Positions 27,815 through 37,848 of a stretch of 64,000 bases of DNA are shown in pieces. The notes under the pieces are model-generated. The model was not told where the DNA came from. It saw nothing but the letters and a program-made list of their open reading frames with translations, and made no database searches. This DNA comes from Capsulimonadales bacterium (GTDB taxonomy: Bacteria > Armatimonadota > Armatimonadia > Armatimonadales > Armatimonadaceae): positions 1-64,000 of the forward strand of contig JANRLW010000069.1 in NCBI GenBank assembly GCA_033762295.1, written 5' to 3'. A program made the position numbers and the translations under genes. Within the stretch, counting starts at the first letter, position 1; every line of letters starts with the position of its first letter.

Positions 27815-28693
27815 TCAGCGGCGAACGATGAGGCGATTGTCGATCAGCCGGACCCCGCCGATCCGGAGCGCGACCGCGACCAGGGCGCGGTCCCGGATCT
27901 CATCGACTCCCATCAGCGTGTCGGGATCGACGACGGCGATATAATCGATCTCCACCGGATCGGCCCCGACACGCCGGTTGGATTCGACCAGGGTTGTCAG
28001 CCACGCCTGAATCACCGGCCCTTTGTCGGTCTGCGATTCGTAGGTGGCCGAGTCCAGCAGATCCTGCGCGGTTCCGAGAAGATAGGGGATGAGTTTCGCC
28101 TGTTCACGCGCCTCCGGGGACAGGCGAACGTTGCGGGAGGACATGGCGAGTCCGTCCGGTTCGCGCACGGTCGGGCAGGGAACGATCTCGACCGGCAGGT
28201 CCAGGTCCGTCGTCATCCGGCGGATGACCTGAAGCTGCTGCCAGTCCTTTTCTCCGAAGTAGGCGCGATCCGGTCGAACCAGTCCGAAGAGTCGGGCGAC
28301 GACGGTCGTCACTCCGTTGAAGTGGCCCGGTCGGAACTTCCCTTCCAGAGCGTCGGTCAGGTTCCCGTTCACCGTAACCGTCGTCACGAAGCCTTCCGGA
28401 TAGACCTGGTCGATCTCCGGGGCGAAGACGAGGGTCGCGCCGGCCGACTCGCACTGTTCGACGTCCCGTTGTAGCGGTCGCGGGTACTGTTCCAGATCGG
28501 AGGCATCATTGAACTGTGTCGGGTTGACGAAGATCGAAACAACAACCGTCGGGTTTTCCAGTTTCGCCCGGCGAATCAGGGCCAGATGGCCTTCGTGAAG
28601 CGCGCCCATGGTCGGCACGAAGCCGATCGTTCCCGAAGTGCGAAGGTCGCGCAGGCGAAAGCGCAGACTCTCCCGCGTCGTCAGCAGTTCCAT
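27815..28693 (-). CDS. panC: pantoate--beta-alanine ligase
   Basis: GFVPTMGALHEGH, SIFVNPTQF, RPGHFNGV, FGEKDWQQ, GLAMSSRN, RLIDN. Confidence 0.98.
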   Translation of the reverse strand: MELLTTRESLRFRLRDLRTSGTIGFVPTMGALHEGHLALIRRAKLENPTVVVSIFVNPTQFNDASDLEQYPRPLQRDVEQCESAGATLVFAPEIDQVYPEGFVTTVTVNGNLTDALEGKFRPGHFNGVTTVVARLFGLVRPDRAYFGEKDWQQLQVIRRMTTDLDLPVEIVPCPTVREPDGLAMSSRNVRLSPEAREQAKLIPYLLGTAQDLLDSATYESQTDKGPVIQAWLTTLVESNRRVGADPVEIDYIAVVDPDTLMGVDEIRDRALVAVALRIGGVRLIDNRLIVRR

Positions 28694-28755
28694 GTCCGGA
28701 TTGTACCGCAGCCGAACAAGGAAACCGGCGGGGGCAGGTGGAAGGTAATCGTATC

Positions 28756-29508
28756 ATGAATCGGATCGACCTCAATGGCCGCAAGGCTATCATTACCGGA
28801 GGCGCGCGCGGTATCGGATTCGCCATCGCCGGGCGTTTTCTGCAATCCGGCGCGTCCGTCGCCCTCTGGGACCGCGACCCCGAACGACTGCTTCAGGCAC
28901 AGGCGCAACTCTCCGACCTCGGCCCCGTACATACGGAGGCGATGGATGTCACCTCGGAGACCGACATCGAGCGCGCGTTCGTCGGCACCCTGACCGCGTT
29001 CGGGAACGTCGACCTGCTGGTGAACAATGCGGGGATCACCGGACCGAACGCGAAGACGTGGGAGTACCCGGTGGAGGATTTCCGCCGGGTGATCGAGATC
29101 GACCTGATCGCCGTTTTCCTGGTGTCCCGGATCATCGTGCCCCATCTGATCGCCAACGGCTACGGACGGATCGTCAACATCGCTTCCATGGCGGCCAAGG
29201 AGGGCAATGCCAATGCGCCGGCCTATAGCGCGGCCAAAGCCGGGGTCGTCGGACTGACGAAATCTCTGGGCAAGGAACTCGCCGATACCGGCGTTCTCTG
29301 TAACTGTGTTTGTCCGGCGGCGGCCAAAACCGAACTGTTCGCCGAGATGTCCGAACAGCATATCCAGTGGATGCTTTCCCGTATTCCGATGGGGCGGTTC
29401 GTCCACGTCGAGGAGATCGCCGCGCTGGTCACCTGGCTCTGCTCCGAGGACTGCTCGTTCTCGACCGGCGCGGTCTACGATATTTCGGGCGGGCGCGCGA
29501 CCTACTGA
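28756..29508 (+). CDS. SDR family oxidoreductase
   Basis: TGGARGIG, NNAG, NIAS, YSAAK. Confidence 0.95.
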   Translation: MNRIDLNGRKAIITGGARGIGFAIAGRFLQSGASVALWDRDPERLLQAQAQLSDLGPVHTEAMDVTSETDIERAFVGTLTAFGNVDLLVNNAGITGPNAKTWEYPVEDFRRVIEIDLIAVFLVSRIIVPHLIANGYGRIVNIASMAAKEGNANAPAYSAAKAGVVGLTKSLGKELADTGVLCNCVCPAAAKTELFAEMSEQHIQWMLSRIPMGRFVHVEEIAALVTWLCSEDCSFSTGAVYDISGGRATY

Positions 29509-29546
29509 CGCCCGTCCCCCGATCACCAGGAAGGTAGGCTCCGCCC

Positions 29547-30872
29547 ATGTCCGGAATCGTCACGTCACACGAACCGCGCCCGAAGATGAACCCGGGGCAA
29601 CTGCTGGCGCTCTCGTTTCTCTGGTTTCCGATCAACCTGTTCTGGACGGCGATGCTCCAGTTCCTTCTACCGCAACGGGTTCAGGAGATGGTCGGCGAAG
29701 CGAGCAAGGGCGAAGCGCTCGGGATCATTTCGTTCATCGGCGCGATCGCGACGACGGTGATCCAGCTGGTTATCGCGCCCGTGTCGGATAACTCCCGGAG
29801 CCGGTTCGGGCGTCGCCACCCCTTTGTCGTGATCGGAGTCGTGATCGGGATCCTCTTTATGGTGATGTTCGCGCTGGTGCGAAACTTTCCCCTGCTGATC
29901 GTTTCGTTCGTCGGCATCCAGCTTTTTCTGAACATCGCGAACGGCCCCTATCAGGCGTTGATGCCCGACAACATCGACGATTCGCAGGAGGGGATCGCAT
30001 CCGCCTACATGGGAGGGGCGTTGCTCCTCGGGCAACTGGTGGCGGCGGTTCTCTTCATCGTTTTCGGACAATCGTTGCCCGATGTCGGCAAGATGATCTT
30101 CATGTCGGCGTTGCTGGCGATCGGAACGCTGGTCACGGTCTTCGGCGTTCGGGATCGACCGGCGACCGAGGCGGAGAAGGTGCCGATGGGAGCGGCGATC
30201 CGCGACCTGTTCGACTGGCGCATCCGTGAGAATCCGGACTTCTATACGTTGCTCTCGTCCCGGTTCTGTATCAATCTGGCGTACTTTACGGTGGTCGAAT
30301 TCCTTCTGTATTACCTTCAGGATGCCATCGGCCTGGGCAAGGAAAAGGCGGCTCCGTTCATGGGCTACATTCTGCTGGCCGTGACCCTGTCCGCCCTGGT
30401 GGGAACGATCGTCGCCGGATTGGTTCTCCGATACGTGACCAAGAAGCAGGTGGTCTACGCTACCTGCGTGCTGCTGATCCTTTCCGCGCTGGTGTTTACG
30501 TTTACCGGGGATCAGCTATATGTTCTGATCATCGCCGGGGTGTTCGGATTGGGCTGGGGAGCGTTTCAGGCTGTGGACTGGGCGCTGGCGGTGAACCTGT
30601 TGCCGACGGGGGGCGCGGCCAAGTACATGGCGATCTGGCATATCTGCATGACGGTTCCCCAGATCATCGCTCCCCTGTTCGGCAAGATCGCGGATATTCT
30701 GAACGCCCAGTATGGGGCATCGATGGGCGCGGGGGTGGGTTGGCGTGCCGCGATGTTATCGACGGTCGTCTATCTGGTTCTCGGCACGGTATTGTTGCGC
30801 CCGGTCCGGGAACGGCTGACCTCGGAACTCAAAACGAACGCCGGGAGAGAGGATGCCCTCCCGGCGGAATGA
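29547..30872 (+). CDS. MFS transporter
   Basis: About 12 hydrophobic segments, SDNSRSRFGRRHPF motif A. Confidence 0.92.
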   Translation: MSGIVTSHEPRPKMNPGQLLALSFLWFPINLFWTAMLQFLLPQRVQEMVGEASKGEALGIISFIGAIATTVIQLVIAPVSDNSRSRFGRRHPFVVIGVVIGILFMVMFALVRNFPLLIVSFVGIQLFLNIANGPYQALMPDNIDDSQEGIASAYMGGALLLGQLVAAVLFIVFGQSLPDVGKMIFMSALLAIGTLVTVFGVRDRPATEAEKVPMGAAIRDLFDWRIRENPDFYTLLSSRFCINLAYFTVVEFLLYYLQDAIGLGKEKAAPFMGYILLAVTLSALVGTIVAGLVLRYVTKKQVVYATCVLLILSALVFTFTGDQLYVLIIAGVFGLGWGAFQAVDWALAVNLLPTGGAAKYMAIWHICMTVPQIIAPLFGKIADILNAQYGASMGAGVGWRAAMLSTVVYLVLGTVLLRPVRERLTSELKTNAGREDALPAE

Positions 30873-30889
30873 CGGACGGCCATCCCGTC

Positions 30890-31639
30890 CTAACGGGCCG
30901 CCATGGAACGTTCGGGGACGCCGTGCAGGTCGGCCAGAGACGGCGGCAACATCGCGGCGGACAACAGCGGGTTCTCCTTGCTTCGCATCCGGGTGACGAA
31001 CGACGGAAAGATGCCGGTCGTTGCGGAGGCTACGGGAACCGTCGACTCCTTGCGGACGGTTTCCGCGAAGCGATAATGTCGCAGACGGATCGGGAATTCG
31101 CGGGCGAGGTGACGCGCCAGGGCGTCGATCTCCGTCGGCGGCAGGAGGTACGTGGTCGTGTTGTTCGCGAGTTCGCTTTCGCGGCAAAGATAGGCCGCAA
31201 CGGACTGCCACATTCGCAATTGTCGCGACGTCGTCTCGGTCCACGGTTCGTTGTCGTCGTACTGCTTCAGGTCTTCCGCGCGGATCGGGGAGATCGGTAG
31301 ACGCAGCCACCGTGCCGAAATCCTCGAATAAAGGCCGGTTTTCGGTTTTGAGGCCGGGTTTCCTGCGATGAATTCGGTGGCAAGCACGGAAATAATCGTA
31401 TTGACGGTAGCCATCAATGCGGAATCACGAACCATTATGTTGATGGCGATCAGTAAGGAATCCGCACTGCTGTTAGGAACCAATCGGATCGGTTCACCCG
31501 TGCAAACTGATGATCTCCGCTCGATCTCATCGCTGAATTCCCAGGAAGTGAGCGGTTTTATCGCACAGGCCGAGGAAAACAGAACCCACTTTTTGCTATC
31601 GGACGCCGTTGGCGTTATCATTTCTGCCCCCTTTGACAT
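30890..31639 (-). CDS. hypothetical protein (orphan-like, AT-richer 5' half)
   Basis: Only long ORF filling the gap; no recognisable motif. Confidence 0.5.
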   Translation of the reverse strand: MSKGAEMITPTASDSKKWVLFSSACAIKPLTSWEFSDEIERRSSVCTGEPIRLVPNSSADSLLIAINIMVRDSALMATVNTIISVLATEFIAGNPASKPKTGLYSRISARWLRLPISPIRAEDLKQYDDNEPWTETTSRQLRMWQSVAAYLCRESELANNTTTYLLPPTEIDALARHLAREFPIRLRHYRFAETVRKESTVPVASATTGIFPSFVTRMRSKENPLLSAAMLPPSLADLHGVPERSMAAR

Positions 31640-31784
31640 TCGTTCCGCGAATTTTCCTATCTTACATAATCAATAACGCAGATTGGGGACAACATAGTTT
31701 CAGTTTTCGTAGGAATATTTGATTTGTTCGGCAAAACGAATCAATAATGGCGACCGATTCGGGCGGATTCCACGAATCGGACGT

Positions 31785-32681
31785 TCATCCCTGTTCGAAA
31801 GACTGGCCCAGGGCCGCCGGAGACTGAACCCGCGCGCCACGAACGGTCAGCGCCACCAGAGTAAGAACGTACGGAACCATCAGGAAGAGGGGATAGGGAA
31901 CCGAAAACCAGCCCGCGGCCTGGAGCCGCGCCTGGGCGACGTCGGCGGCGGCGAACAGGAGAGACGCGGCGAGTGCGCCGAAGGGCGTCCACCGACCGAA
32001 AACGACGACCGCCAGGGCGATAAAACCGCGACCGCTGGTCATACCCTCGGTAAAGGTGCTGGCGATACCGATGGACAGGGACGCCCCGCCGAGTCCGCAG
32101 AGCGCGCCGGTCGCCAGAGTGGTCAGCGTCCGCAGAACGTTGACCCGTGCGCCCGCCGCGGCTGCGGCCGCCGGTACCTCGCCGGTGGCTCGAATCGTCA
32201 CGCCGAACCGGGTACGAAACAGCAGCCCGTGGGCGACCGGCACCAGAAGCAACGCGAGCAGGGTCAGCGCATTGACCGCCGTGCCGCCGTTGCCGAAAAG
32301 GGCCGGAATCGTCTTCGCCGGAATTACCCTGCCTCCTCCCCCGGTCCAAGCGCGGTAAACCATCCCGGTTAACCCGAGGGCAAGGAAGTTGACGGTCGTT
32401 CCGACGATGACCTGATCGCGTTTCAGGCCGATCGCGAACAGGGCGAAAAGAGCGGAAACGACGGTAGCCGCCAGCATCGCCCAGACGACTCCGATCATGG
32501 GGTCGCCGGTGATCGCCGATCCCATAATCGCCGCCAGGGCGCCCACCAGCATCAGCCCCTCCAGACCGATGTTGATGACGCCGGATCGCTCCGAGAAGAC
32601 CTCGCCCAGAGCCGCGAACAGAAACGGTGCGCCGTAGGTGAGGCTCTGCAGGGCGAAGGCCAGAATCAGCGCCGTGTTCAT
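31785..32681 (-). CDS. ABC transporter permease (nucleoside/simple sugar family)
   Basis: SERSGVINIGLEG, IRATGE.PAAA, GRGFIALA, MVPYVLT; start MNTAL overlaps the upstream stop. Confidence 0.93.
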   Translation of the reverse strand: MNTALILAFALQSLTYGAPFLFAALGEVFSERSGVINIGLEGLMLVGALAAIMGSAITGDPMIGVVWAMLAATVVSALFALFAIGLKRDQVIVGTTVNFLALGLTGMVYRAWTGGGGRVIPAKTIPALFGNGGTAVNALTLLALLLVPVAHGLLFRTRFGVTIRATGEVPAAAAAAGARVNVLRTLTTLATGALCGLGGASLSIGIASTFTEGMTSGRGFIALAVVVFGRWTPFGALAASLLFAAADVAQARLQAAGWFSVPYPLFLMVPYVLTLVALTVRGARVQSPAALGQSFEQG

Positions 32682-33727
32682 CGGACGCCTCCGGCTGTTT
32701 GTGACTGACGCTCGCGTACGCGGGCGTAGGCCAGAAGGGAGAAGAGCGCGACCGCCTGGAGCACCTGCACCACCACCGAGGAGACGCCGGGAATGCTCTG
32801 TTGAACGGCGGGACCACCGGTGGTCAGCGCGCCGAAAAACAGGGCGGACGGAATTACGCTGAGCGGGGAAAGGTTGGCGATCAGTGCGACGGCGATCGCC
32901 GTGTAACCGTACCCCGGCGAGAAACCTTCCGACAGTCGGTACAGAACGCCGGTAACCTGAATGGCTCCCGCCAGTCCGGACAGCGCGCCGGAAAGCAGAA
33001 AGGTCTCGATCATCGTTCTCCGAACCGGGATACCGGCGGCTTCGGCCGCCGCCGGACCCGCGCCGACGACCCGAAGCGCGAATCCGCCCACCGTCCAGCG
33101 CAGGTAGGCCCAGACCACGACGGCCAGCAGCAAGGCGAGGACGGCGCCGCTGTGCAGGCGCGTGCCGGGAATCAGGAGCGACAGACGGGCCGGAATCAGC
33201 AGGGGATCGGATTGGGGAAACGCTTTCTCCGCCTCCTGTAACGGCCCACGGACCATCCAGGCCAGCATCTGGATCGCGACGAAGTTCAAAAGAAGGGAAC
33301 TGAGCACTTCCTGGACGCCGCGATACAGGCGGAGCAGACCGGCGATACCGGACCAGAGAGCGCCCGCGCCGGCACCGGCGAGAAGAGCCATCGGCAGCAG
33401 AAGGGGAGCGGGCAACGGCGACGTTCCCGCCCATGTCGCGGCCATCGCTCCGACCAGTAACTGCCCTTCCGCGCCGATATTGAACAGCTGACAGCGAAAG
33501 GAAAGGGCGACCGCCAACCCCGTCAGCAGAAGCGGCACGGTCTGGACCAGAGTGTCGGCGGCATTATACGGAGAACCGAACGCGCCCTGCCAGAGGGCCG
33601 CCGCGACCGACAGCGGCGACGCGCCGACCAGCAGGATCACCAGAGCGAGCGCGAACAACCCGCCGGACAGACACACTGCCAGCAGGCCCGCGCTGCGAAG
33701 GGTTTCGGCGGCGGAACGCGCGTTCAT
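32678..33727 (-). CDS. ABC transporter permease
   Basis: FNIGAEGQ, EVLSSLLLN, GYGYTAIAVAL. Confidence 0.93.
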   Translation of the reverse strand: MNARSAAETLRSAGLLAVCLSGGLFALALVILLVGASPLSVAAALWQGAFGSPYNAADTLVQTVPLLLTGLAVALSFRCQLFNIGAEGQLLVGAMAATWAGTSPLPAPLLLPMALLAGAGAGALWSGIAGLLRLYRGVQEVLSSLLLNFVAIQMLAWMVRGPLQEAEKAFPQSDPLLIPARLSLLIPGTRLHSGAVLALLLAVVVWAYLRWTVGGFALRVVGAGPAAAEAAGIPVRRTMIETFLLSGALSGLAGAIQVTGVLYRLSEGFSPGYGYTAIAVALIANLSPLSVIPSALFFGALTTGGPAVQQSIPGVSSVVVQVLQAVALFSLLAYARVRERQSQTAGGVR

Positions 33728-35304
33728 CCGGCAACCCCCTGTCCGCCCATCAGGAGGCCGAAGGTCTCGCGGGAGGTGGTGGGAGGTACGATACCGGTGA
33801 TGCGGCCTTCGTACAGAACGGCCACCCGGTCGGCGAGTGTCAGAATCTCCTCCAGTTCGGTGGATATCAGAACGATGGCCGCCCCTTCGTCCCGTGCGCG
33901 TCTCAACGCGTCGTAGACGAAGGCGATGGCCCCGACATCCAGGCCGCGGGTCGGATTGACCGCGATCACCGCCCGGGGCGTATCGGCCAGCGCACGAGCG
34001 ATGACGACCTTCTGCTGGTTGCCGCCGGACAGCGACCGCGTCAGGGCATCCGGTCCGGACGCCCGGATATCGAAGCGCGCGATCAGGCCCGCCGCACGCC
34101 GGGTCAGAGCGGGCCAGAGCAGGATCGGACCCCGTCGGTACTCCGCCTTATCGTACGCTCCGAGGGCCACATTCTCGGTAATGCTCATCGGCAGCGCAAG
34201 TCCGCGCCGCTGCCGGTCCGCCGGAATGATCGCGATTCCGTTGCGGCGAAACGCCGCCGGGGCGACTGGCAAGGAGACGCCATCCAGAAGAACCGCGCCG
34301 CGGTCGGGCCGCTGAAGGCCCGACAGGCAGTCGGCCAGTTCTCCCTGTCCGTTGCCATCCACCCCGGCGATACCGAAGATTTCCCCGGCAGCCACATCAA
34401 ACCGGATTTCCGTGAGGCGGTTCCGATGCTGTCCCAATTCCGGCCCGAGCGACAGATCGACGGAAAGACGCGGGGCTTCGCCGGTCGTCGTCCGTCGCCC
34501 GGACGAATCCGGCGGCGAGGCGTTCAGGAGCAGGGCCGCCTCGGAATCCTCGCCGACCATCGCCCGCGCCAGCCCGGTGGCATCGGTGGCATCGGTCGTC
34601 GTACGAAAGACCACTTTCCCCCGCCGCAGGACGGTGACCCGTCCGGCGAGGTCACGGACCTCGTTCAGCTTGTGCGAAATGAAAACGATGCCGCGCCCCT
34701 CTTCGGCAAGGCGACGAATCGTGTCGAACAACTCCGGTGTTTCGGTCGGTGTCAGGACGGCGGTGGGTTCGTCAAAGATCAGGAGACGGGTTTCGCCGCG
34801 CAACGCTTTAAGGATCTCGATGCGCTGCTGGGTGCCGACCGGAAGCCGCCCCGCCAGCGAATCCCAGGGAATGTTCCAACCCAGGCGATCGGCCACGGCG
34901 CGGGCCTGTTCCACGGTCCGCTGCAGCGGATAGGAGAGCGGTCCGCCGAAGGAGCGTTCCGCGCTGAGCAGGAGGTTTTCACGCACCGTCAGTGTCGGAA
35001 CCAGAAGGAAATGCTGATGGACCATGCCGATCCCGGCGCGTTCGGCGTCGGACGGCGAGGAGAAGCGAACCGCGGTTCCGTCGAGCAGAATCCTTCCCTC
35101 GGTCGGGCGCAGAAGCCCGGAGAGGATGTTCATCAGGGTCGATTTGCCCGCGCCGTTCTCGCCCAGAAGCGCATGGATCTCGCCGGATCGAATCTCGAAG
35201 TCGACGTGGTCCAGAGCGACGAAGGCGCCGAAACGTTTGACGATTTGTTCGGCGGCGAGAAGGGGTACGGATGGGGGCGTTTGGACGGACGGTGTCGGAT
35301 GCAT
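33724..35304 (-). CDS. ABC transporter ATP-binding protein (double domain)
   Basis: GENGAGKST, FDEPT, ISHKL, LSGGNQQK, PTRGLD; start taken as MHPTP. Confidence 0.95.
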   Translation of the reverse strand: MHPTPSVQTPPSVPLLAAEQIVKRFGAFVALDHVDFEIRSGEIHALLGENGAGKSTLMNILSGLLRPTEGRILLDGTAVRFSSPSDAERAGIGMVHQHFLLVPTLTVRENLLLSAERSFGGPLSYPLQRTVEQARAVADRLGWNIPWDSLAGRLPVGTQQRIEILKALRGETRLLIFDEPTAVLTPTETPELFDTIRRLAEEGRGIVFISHKLNEVRDLAGRVTVLRRGKVVFRTTTDATDATGLARAMVGEDSEAALLLNASPPDSSGRRTTTGEAPRLSVDLSLGPELGQHRNRLTEIRFDVAAGEIFGIAGVDGNGQGELADCLSGLQRPDRGAVLLDGVSLPVAPAAFRRNGIAIIPADRQRRGLALPMSITENVALGAYDKAEYRRGPILLWPALTRRAAGLIARFDIRASGPDALTRSLSGGNQQKVVIARALADTPRAVIAVNPTRGLDVGAIAFVYDALRRARDEGAAIVLISTELEEILTLADRVAVLYEGRITGIVPPTTSRETFGLLMGGQGVAG

Positions 35305-35370
35305 CGCTTGCTTCTGGAGTATACACTCCCTAACGCGCGGCGGCGGAAAAAGTGTCCGAAATTCGTCCCG

Positions 35371-35408
35371 AAAAACCATTCGCCCCGACCAATGAACGGT
35401 CGGGGCGA
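35371..35408 (-). terminator. hairpin after the binding-protein gene (terminator or stabiliser)
   Basis: TCGCCCCGACC-N7-GGTCGGGGCGA then ATGGTTTTT on the minus strand. Confidence 0.6.
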
Positions 35409-35425
35409 GGAGATGCCGTCCGGAT

Positions 35426-36514
35426 TCAACCGTTCGGGTTCAGTTCGCCGTTCGACATGGCGGCCTCCGCCTTCGTCATCCTGTCTTTCAGTTCGGCGGG
35501 GATCGTCCCGGCAAACCGGTCGTTGAATTTGAAGCCGACCGCCTTATCCTTCAGACCGGCCGCGTACGCCTCGCCGGGATTGGCGCCTTCCTTGATCTCG
35601 CGCGCGACGCCGACGATCGCCGAGGGAACATCGAGAATGAAGGACCCGAGATTTTTCGGCGTCGCCTTATCGCTCTGGTCCGAGTTCGCGCCGATCACCA
35701 TCGCGCCTTCCTTCGCCGAGACCGCTTCGAAGACGCCTTCGCCGGCATCGTTGGCGTTATGCATCAGGACATCCGCGCCGGCGTCCAGCAACGCCTGCGC
35801 CTGCTGCTTCGCCTTCGCGACATCCTTGCCGTCCCCGGTAAAGGTCGTCGTCACCTTGACATCCGGGCGGACCGCCTTCGCGCCGTTCTCAAAAGCCTGG
35901 AACGCTTCCTTGATGATCGGTATTTCCGGCCCCCCGACGAGACCGATCTTGCCCGTTTTGGTCATGCCGCCCGCCAGCATCCCGGCGAGATAGGTGGCCT
36001 GCCCGGAGGCGAACCGGATCGGTTTGAGGTTTTTGCCGACGGATTTGCCGCCGGTCACGACGAAGGTCGTATTCGGGAACTGGTCTGCCGCCGTTTTGGC
36101 GGCGTCATCATACTCGGAACCGTGTGCGTAAACGATCGTGCATCCCTGCCCGGCCAGATCGCGCAGGACCTTCTCCACCTGCGCCAGAGCCGGGCTTTCG
36201 ACGGCGGGAAGCACCTCGGCGGAGAGTTCCGTCTTCACCCGTTGCAGGCCATCGTTGGCCGGTCCGCTCCAGGCTCGGTCGCTGATCTGACCGGGAACGA
36301 TCATACCGGCCTTGAGCGCTCCGGTCGCCGTCGTACCGGCCGAGGCGTCCGGGGATGCCGGGGACGCGGCGGCGGTCGGCGAACCGGCGGAGGGAGAGGG
36401 CGCGGGCTCCTGCTGGGCGCAGCCGGCGGCGATCAGGGTCGCACAAACGACCCCGAGGAATCGACGACGCGGCAACGGATACCCGCCATCACGCCGAAAA
36501 GGGGAAGGGATCAA
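35426..36514 (-). CDS. BMP family ABC substrate-binding lipoprotein
   Basis: TTG start after AAGGAG, RRRFL, AAGC lipobox, YLAGMLAG.MTKTGKIGLVGG, GADV. Confidence 0.93.
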   Translation of the reverse strand: MIPSPFRRDGGYPLPRRRFLGVVCATLIAAGCAQQEPAPSPSAGSPTAAASPASPDASAGTTATGALKAGMIVPGQISDRAWSGPANDGLQRVKTELSAEVLPAVESPALAQVEKVLRDLAGQGCTIVYAHGSEYDDAAKTAADQFPNTTFVVTGGKSVGKNLKPIRFASGQATYLAGMLAGGMTKTGKIGLVGGPEIPIIKEAFQAFENGAKAVRPDVKVTTTFTGDGKDVAKAKQQAQALLDAGADVLMHNANDAGEGVFEAVSAKEGAMVIGANSDQSDKATPKNLGSFILDVPSAIVGVAREIKEGANPGEAYAAGLKDKAVGFKFNDRFAGTIPAELKDRMTKAEAAMSNGELNPNG

Positions 36515-36639
36515 CGCATCTGTCTCCTTAATGGATGAATACGGAGCACTTTACCTAAACGAGCGGGCCTTTGTCAACAATGCAGTTTTTCACTACCGAA
36601 GCGCGAAACCTGCCGCCCGTGGGCGCAATCGAAACTAGT

Positions 36640-37149
36640 ATGGATGGTAGTGCATTTAGTTCTGCAAGTCCCTGGTTCGTCGGCGGAATGGCGGCGGGAA
36701 CCGCGATGGCTACCCTGTTCGCCACCTGGATAACCGCGCACGTCCGGCGTCGATCCGTGCGTCGAAGCGATCGTGTCCGGCGAGTGGTCGGGGAGAACGG
36801 GGGCAGGACCACCGCCCGTCCGCTGCTGGATGGACACTACCGTGGACGGTCCGTCCGACTCACACAATCGGGGGATTGGACTCACGTAACGGTGACGGCA
36901 CGGAATGTGTCGGGAATCTTCGCGGAGTTCGATAACCGGAGCGACCGGTCCGTGGACTGGCTGACGCCGTCCTGCCGCAAGCGACTGAATGCCGTCGCCG
37001 CCCGCTGGTCGGTCGCCGTTCGCGGGAGAACCATCCTTCTTGGCTGTCTCGATGTGCAAGGTCCGGAACGGATCCGGTTCGCCCTCGATGTCGCCTGTGA
37101 CCTGGCCGATGTGATAGATTGGAATGAGTCCGTCACGCTTCGGGAGTAG
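36640..37149 (+). CDS. hypothetical membrane-anchored protein
   Basis: N-terminal hydrophobic helix followed by basic residues; start uncertain. Confidence 0.55.
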   Translation: MDGSAFSSASPWFVGGMAAGTAMATLFATWITAHVRRRSVRRSDRVRRVVGENGGRTTARPLLDGHYRGRSVRLTQSGDWTHVTVTARNVSGIFAEFDNRSDRSVDWLTPSCRKRLNAVAARWSVAVRGRTILLGCLDVQGPERIRFALDVACDLADVIDWNESVTLRE

Positions 37150-37194
37150 CGGTTTTTGTCCGATCTCGTCGTGTCCGACGGGCATGGCCCGTTC

Positions 37195-37737
37195 ATGAAC
37201 AAATCGAATTCCCTTCTGGCCGCACTGTTCGCGTTGCTGTTCTGCACCGCCCTTCTGATCGCCGTTCCGGTTCTGGGGCCGAGTTTCCGCGAAGTCCTGA
37301 ACCGCGCCGAGCGCGTCCGCTTTCCGTTCGAGAATCCCGATCTGCTCTACAGGGAGGCGGAGACGCGGTACTACTCCGGGGACCTGGGAATGGCGCACGA
37401 CATCGCGCGGCGGGCATTGATGGTCGAACCGGAGTTCGTTCCGGCCTACAAACTTCTGGCAGCCATCTACTTCAAGGAGAGGAAGTACGCCGCCGCCGAA
37501 GCCTCCTGCCGTAGCGCGGCGGCCCTCGCCCCCGAGGACAATACGATTCGAATCGCGCTGGGACGGACGCTGGAACAGCAAGGACGGCTGGCAGAGGCCG
37601 CCGAGACCTACCGACAGGTCGCCGACGACCGCCACGCGACGGCCGAACAGAAGGCGGAGGCGGTCACCCGTCCGGAAACGCAAGGAACCGACGCGCCGGA
37701 TACCGACACCGCTCGAGCCCTCCTTCCCACCCGTTAA
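37195..37737 (+). CDS. TPR protein with N-terminal TM/signal
   Basis: TPR-like helices ARRALMVEPEFVPAY, AAALAPEDN..ALGRTLEQQGR. Confidence 0.8.
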   Translation: MNKSNSLLAALFALLFCTALLIAVPVLGPSFREVLNRAERVRFPFENPDLLYREAETRYYSGDLGMAHDIARRALMVEPEFVPAYKLLAAIYFKERKYAAAEASCRSAAALAPEDNTIRIALGRTLEQQGRLAEAAETYRQVADDRHATAEQKAEAVTRPETQGTDAPDTDTARALLPTR

Positions 37738-37848
37738 CATAGGTCGGCCAACGAATGCTATAATGGTGCCTGACGGGCGTCGGGCGATCGATTGTCCGTC
37801 AATAATTGATGGGAACCTGCTTTCCGGTCCTCCGGACAAATAACCGTT

